A DNA stretch of 9,149 nt from Halalkalibacterium halodurans. Lineage in GTDB: Bacteria; Bacillota; Bacilli; Bacillales; Bacillaceae_D. A program made the translations under genes and the position numbers. A model generated the notes under the pieces. The model was not told where the DNA came from. It made no database searches and saw only the letters and a list, made by a program, of their open reading frames with translations. The DNA is taken from positions 1 to 9,149 of the forward strand of contig NZ_SNUY01000083.1 of the NCBI RefSeq assembly GCF_004376175.1, written 5' to 3'. This document shows, piece by piece, positions 6,207 through 9,149 of this stretch. The stretch's first letter is position 1. Every line of letters starts with the position of its first letter.

Positions 6207-7318
6207 GCGCTCCCTACCTCCTCATATAAAGATGGAATTTTTTGTTGGGCATTTAGCCCTTCTTCGTAATATTTCGACGCCAATTGATAAAATCCTTCTT
6301 TTTTGTAAAAACGAGCCGCGTTAAATGCCAAATCTTCGACATCATGCCACAAACTTTGCTCTTTCAACACTTTTAGCCCTTCATCAATCGACAATTCTTT
6401 TTGGTCAAAATAAACAGCGTGAATAATTTCGAGCTTTACTTGATAGATTTTGTCGTTTGTTTCGTTTGCCAGTTGTACTGCATCCTCAAACCATTTTACT
6501 CCCTCTTGTAAGAATCCCATTTTAAATAAAACTCTGCCTAACATATATTTAATTCTTAAATAAGTTTCTTTTTTATTTTCTTGTGGAAAATCAAAATCAA
6601 GTGCCTTTTCAAAACAATCCCTAGCTAGTTCGAGTTTCTCTTGCACCTCATAACAGAGGCCTAAATTATAGTAACCGAGTAATTCGATAAATGTTTGATT
6701 AGAGTCTACTGCAATAAGAATCGCCTTTTTATACAACTTTTCAGCCGCAAGATATTGATTTAAATCTAATTTATTTGCCGCAATGATCATTTGAGTTAAT
6801 GCGATTCTACTTACATAGTTCTCTTGCTTTAAATAAATATCTAATGCTTTTTCTGCATGGTTTATCGAAAAGAAATTTTGATCTATACTTTGATAGGCAA
6901 CTGCAAGTTGAAAATGAAATTCAGCGTGTTCGATTTCGTCTGGAATCGTAGTGAGATGATTTTCTGCCTTATGATAAAGACGTATGGCATGGGTGAAGTT
7001 ATTCATGTTGAATTCATAGAGGCCACTAAAAAAGTAGTAATAATACTGTAGAAGGTTGTCTGTATCTGCTCTCTCCGTCTGATCCTTAAGGCTTTCCAAA
7101 ATGGTGCCCGATTCATCATATTGCTCGAGTAATAGCTTGTACCTTGAGTCAATCAAGTTGTAATACAGTAGGACATTTTGATCTTCCTCCATGTCATCCA
7201 TGGCTTTCTGAAGATCGTGTTTCATGATCGCCGCTTTTTTTATGTCTTGACGCTTGATGGTGTCATACCATTCATTTAGCCTGTTGGCTACTTCACTACT
7301 AGCAACTCTTTCAACCAT
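6203..7318 (-). CDS. rap: Rap-family response-regulator aspartate phosphatase / TPR quorum-sensing receptor (RRNPP family)
   Basis: 371 aa with no N-terminal HTH. It is collinear with remembered B. subtilis RapA motifs: NEWY, DMEEDQ-LLYY, YYYFF-G-YEF, Y-KAE, D-IE-AEF-F, YNLG-CYE, and a C-terminal ...YYEEGL-AQ-KI. The RBS GGGAGGGG lies 7 nt before ATG 7318. Confidence 0.92.
   Translation of the reverse strand: MVERVASSEVANRLNEWYDTIKRQDIKKAAIMKHDLQKAMDDMEEDQNVLLYYNLIDSRYKLLLEQYDESGTILESLKDQTERADTDNLLQYYYYFFSGLYEFNMNNFTHAIRLYHKAENHLTTIPDEIEHAEFHFQLAVAYQSIDQNFFSINHAEKALDIYLKQENYVSRIALTQMIIAANKLDLNQYLAAEKLYKKAILIAVDSNQTFIELLGYYNLGLCYEVQEKLELARDCFEKALDFDFPQENKKETYLRIKYMLGRVLFKMGFLQEGVKWFEDAVQLANETNDKIYQVKLEIIHAVYFDQKELSIDEGLKVLKEQSLWHDVEDLAFNAARFYKKEGFYQLASKYYEEGLNAQQKIPSLYEEVGSA
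6270..6300 (-). promoter_or_regulatory. Sigma-H-like internal promoter for phr1 inside the rap 3' end (tentative)
   Basis: Minus strand: GAAGGATTT (6298-6290) fits RNAGGAWWW. After 11 nt, GTCGAAA fits RNNGAAT except at the last base. B. subtilis phr genes commonly have sigma-H promoters inside rap. Confidence 0.3.
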
Positions 7319-7369
7319 CGGAACCCCTCCCTTTATTGGATGTCACGAAGCATAGATTTACCTACTTTC

Positions 7370-7398
7370 ATCTTAAAGATAGGTATCTTTTACATCAA
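7370..7398 (-). promoter_or_regulatory. Candidate sigma-A promoter of rap
   Basis: Minus strand: TTGATG (7398-7393), 17-nt spacer, TAAGAT (7375-7370). It lies about 50 nt upstream of the rap start. Moderate hexamer matches only. Confidence 0.3.
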
Positions 7399-7609
7399 TC
7401 ATCAAAATTAGCGCACAATGTAAATAATTGAGAGGTTAGAGACGAAAAATGCCAAGTTGTGACCTTTTACGCCCTTGTCCATTAAAATACTTATATCTTT
7501 GGTTGTGTCCGATTATTAATAATATCGACAAAATATGGAGCTTTTTACAGCTGTGGTGTTTAAGCTGATCTAAATATTCCGAAAGTTGATGCTAATGCCT
7601 GGCCGAAGG

Positions 7610-7638
7610 TTGACCGATATAATGACCAGAAGTATAAA
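7610..7638 (+). promoter_or_regulatory. Sigma-A promoter for the DUF6431-like/transposase operon
   Basis: TTGACC 7610-7615, exact 17-nt spacer, TATAAA 7633-7638. It lies about 35 nt upstream of the GTG at 7672. Confidence 0.45.
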
Positions 7639-7671
7639 ATCTGGAGAAAGGAAAAGACGTCCCCCATAAAT

Positions 7672-8280
7672 GTGAAACTACGCCAACAGTTTCACAGGAG
7701 ACGTCCACCCCAAAAAAGATTATGGTCATTATATCAAATTATTCCTTGGTTGAGAAGCAATCTGGCGTTTTTTGTTAGAAGTACGGAACGAATCCCCTGC
7801 CCTTGTTGTGGAGGAACACTTTCAGTGGCAGGAAGCCGGAAACGTGCATGGTATAAAAGCAGTGGCGAGCGCTCCAGGCTTGTGATTCGAAGGCTATATT
7901 GTGAGGCATGCGATAAGATTCATCATGAACTCCCTGATATTCTTGTGCCTTATAAAAGGTATGATGCGGAGAGTATAGAAGGTACCGTTTCTACACCACC
8001 ACGTACAGAGGCAGCGGTGGATGAAGCAACCATCTTTCGATGGAAGAACTGGTTTCAGGTGTGGGTGGCGTATGCCATCGGCTGCCTCCGGTCTATCGCG
8101 ATACGTTTTGATCTGCCTGTGGAGGAATTGTCCGAATCTCCACAAACCGTACTTCACTCCCTGGGACAATATGTAGGTATGGAGGAGGGATGGCTGAAGA
8201 GAGCTGTCCGTTCCATGACAAATTTAAATCTTTGGGTCACAGACCCGTTCCGCATTTCTGGCCGGACTGCTCTGGAGTAA
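7672..8280 (+). CDS. Zinc-ribbon transposon accessory protein, DUF6431-like
   Basis: CPCCGG-17 residues-GERSRLVIRRLYCEACDKIHHELPDILVPYKRY matches the remembered DUF6431 pattern (CPxC...R..C..C...LP..L.PY..Y). This domain is typically encoded just upstream of DDE integrase-type transposases in Firmicutes. The GTG start is uncertain. Confidence 0.65.
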   Translation: MKLRQQFHRRRPPQKRLWSLYQIIPWLRSNLAFFVRSTERIPCPCCGGTLSVAGSRKRAWYKSSGERSRLVIRRLYCEACDKIHHELPDILVPYKRYDAESIEGTVSTPPRTEAAVDEATIFRWKNWFQVWVAYAIGCLRSIAIRFDLPVEELSESPQTVLHSLGQYVGMEEGWLKRAVRSMTNLNLWVTDPFRISGRTALE

Positions 8281-8316
8281 ACTCATGCTATACCAATGAA
8301 TGGGAGGCATGAGAAG

Positions 8317-9149
8317 ATGAAAAGTCAACGGAAAGCGGAAGAAACAGCCGCGGAACGTATGCAGTTAATCTCCCCTCTTTTGGCGGAGGGGTTGGATGCT
8401 GGCAAAGCAAGGAAAATCAAGGCTGATATCTGTGAAAGAGCAGGTGTTTCGGAAAGGACCATCCGCCGGTATCTTTCCCAGTACCGTAACGAAGGGTTCG
8501 AAGGCTTAAAGCCGAAGGAAAAAGGAAGAAAACCTGCCAGGACAGGGATCCCTCCTGCTTTACTGGAGGAGGCTATCCTTTTGAGGAGGGAGGTTCCGGG
8601 GCGGAGTGTCAGCCAGATCATTCAGATTCTTGAGTGGGAAGGAAAGGCAGAGCCGGGAGAATTAAAAAGGAGTACGCTCCAGGAAAAACTGGCTGAACGG
8701 GGCTACAGTTCCCGGCAAATGCGGATGTATACAAGCAGTGGAGTTGCCGCAAGAAGATTTCAAAGAAGGTACCGGAACAGCCTTTGGCAGTCTGATATCA
8801 AGTATGGCCCCTTTCTACCGATTGGTCCCAACGGGACCAATAAGCAGGTATACCTAGTCTTGTTTATTGATGACGCCACAAGATATGTTCTTCATGGTGA
8901 GTGGTATCCCACACTGGATCAGTCCATTGTCGAAGACTGCTTCCGTAAAGCGATACAAAAGGCGGGACTGCCTGAGGCCGTCTACTTTGATAACGGAAAA
9001 CAGTACCGGACGAAGTGGATGGGGCGAACCTGTTCTAAACTGGGTATCCGTTTATTATACGCAAAGCCGTACTCACCTGATTCGAAAGGGAAGGTGGAAA
9101 AGTTTAATAGGAACGTTCAGGCCTTTATGGATGAAGCAATGTTGGAAAA
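8317..9149 (+). CDS. Mu/Tn552-like DDE transposase (HTH plus rve core), 3' end outside the window
   Basis: Not in the ORF track because there is no stop in the window. ATG 8317 has the RBS GGGAGG 9 nt upstream. N-terminal HTH: ICERAGVSERTIRRYLSQYRNEGFEGLKPK. DDE core: WQSDIKY (D), LVLFIDDATRY, VYFDNGKQY (D), YSPDSKGKVEKFNR (E). Confidence 0.85.
   Translation, partial: MKSQRKAEETAAERMQLISPLLAEGLDAGKARKIKADICERAGVSERTIRRYLSQYRNEGFEGLKPKEKGRKPARTGIPPALLEEAILLRREVPGRSVSQIIQILEWEGKAEPGELKRSTLQEKLAERGYSSRQMRMYTSSGVAARRFQRRYRNSLWQSDIKYGPFLPIGPNGTNKQVYLVLFIDDATRYVLHGEWYPTLDQSIVEDCFRKAIQKAGLPEAVYFDNGKQYRTKWMGRTCSKLGIRLLYAKPYSPDSKGKVEKFNRNVQAFMDEAMLE

Larger units (their letters stand above)
6072..6338. 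repeat. Copy B (intact) of the ~250-bp phr + rap-3'-end direct repeat; copy A is 5662-5907
   Basis: Hand alignment shows near-identity from the rap tail through the first 7 phr codons (e.g. TATATGAGGAGGTAGGG-GCGCATGAAAAGTGTCTTTTTAACT in both copies). Divergence is strong in the rest of phr. Confidence 0.8.

Noticed and set aside
5662-6338. The two ~250-bp direct repeats as a CRISPR array or minisatellite
   Set aside because: There are only two copies, each is long and coding (rap tail plus phr), and there is no short repeat-spacer periodicity. No CRISPR-like structure occurs anywhere in the window.
6857-7051. 64-aa ORF antisense to rap
   Set aside because: It is embedded antisense in the Rap CDS and has no start signals.
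7894-8621. Minus-strand ORFs 7894-8169 (91 aa) and 8325-8621 (98 aa)
   Set aside because: They are antisense to the DUF6431-like gene and to the transposase N-terminus, both of which have clear family motifs.

Overview
This looks like a Bacillaceae-type (Firmicutes) accessory mosaic with no rRNA, tRNA or CRISPR. Left to right: (1) the 3' end of an rve/DDE transposase gene (1-354), followed by a nested imperfect palindrome. (2) A small, probably frameshifted ORF. (3) A secreted GlpQ-like glycerophosphodiester phosphodiesterase. (4) A GH42 beta-galactosidase divergently paired with an AraC-family regulator; they share back-to-back promoters and a cre-like box. (5) An IS21-like element end that retains only the N-terminal HTH of its transposase. 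(6) A Rap-Phr quorum-sensing locus. (7) A DUF6431-like zinc-ribbon gene plus the 5' part of a Mu/Tn552-like DDE transposase that runs off the window. The most interesting part is the Rap-Phr locus. A full-length rap (371 aa) is translationally coupled by an ATGA overlap to a 44-aa phr that the ORF track misses. Directly downstream lies a second, divergent 43-aa phr, preceded only by the last ~32 codons of a deleted rap paralogue. This gives one receptor, two signal-peptide genes and a dead receptor stump, bracketed by two unrelated mobile-element ends. All functional calls come from reading the translations against remembered family signatures; no searches were run.
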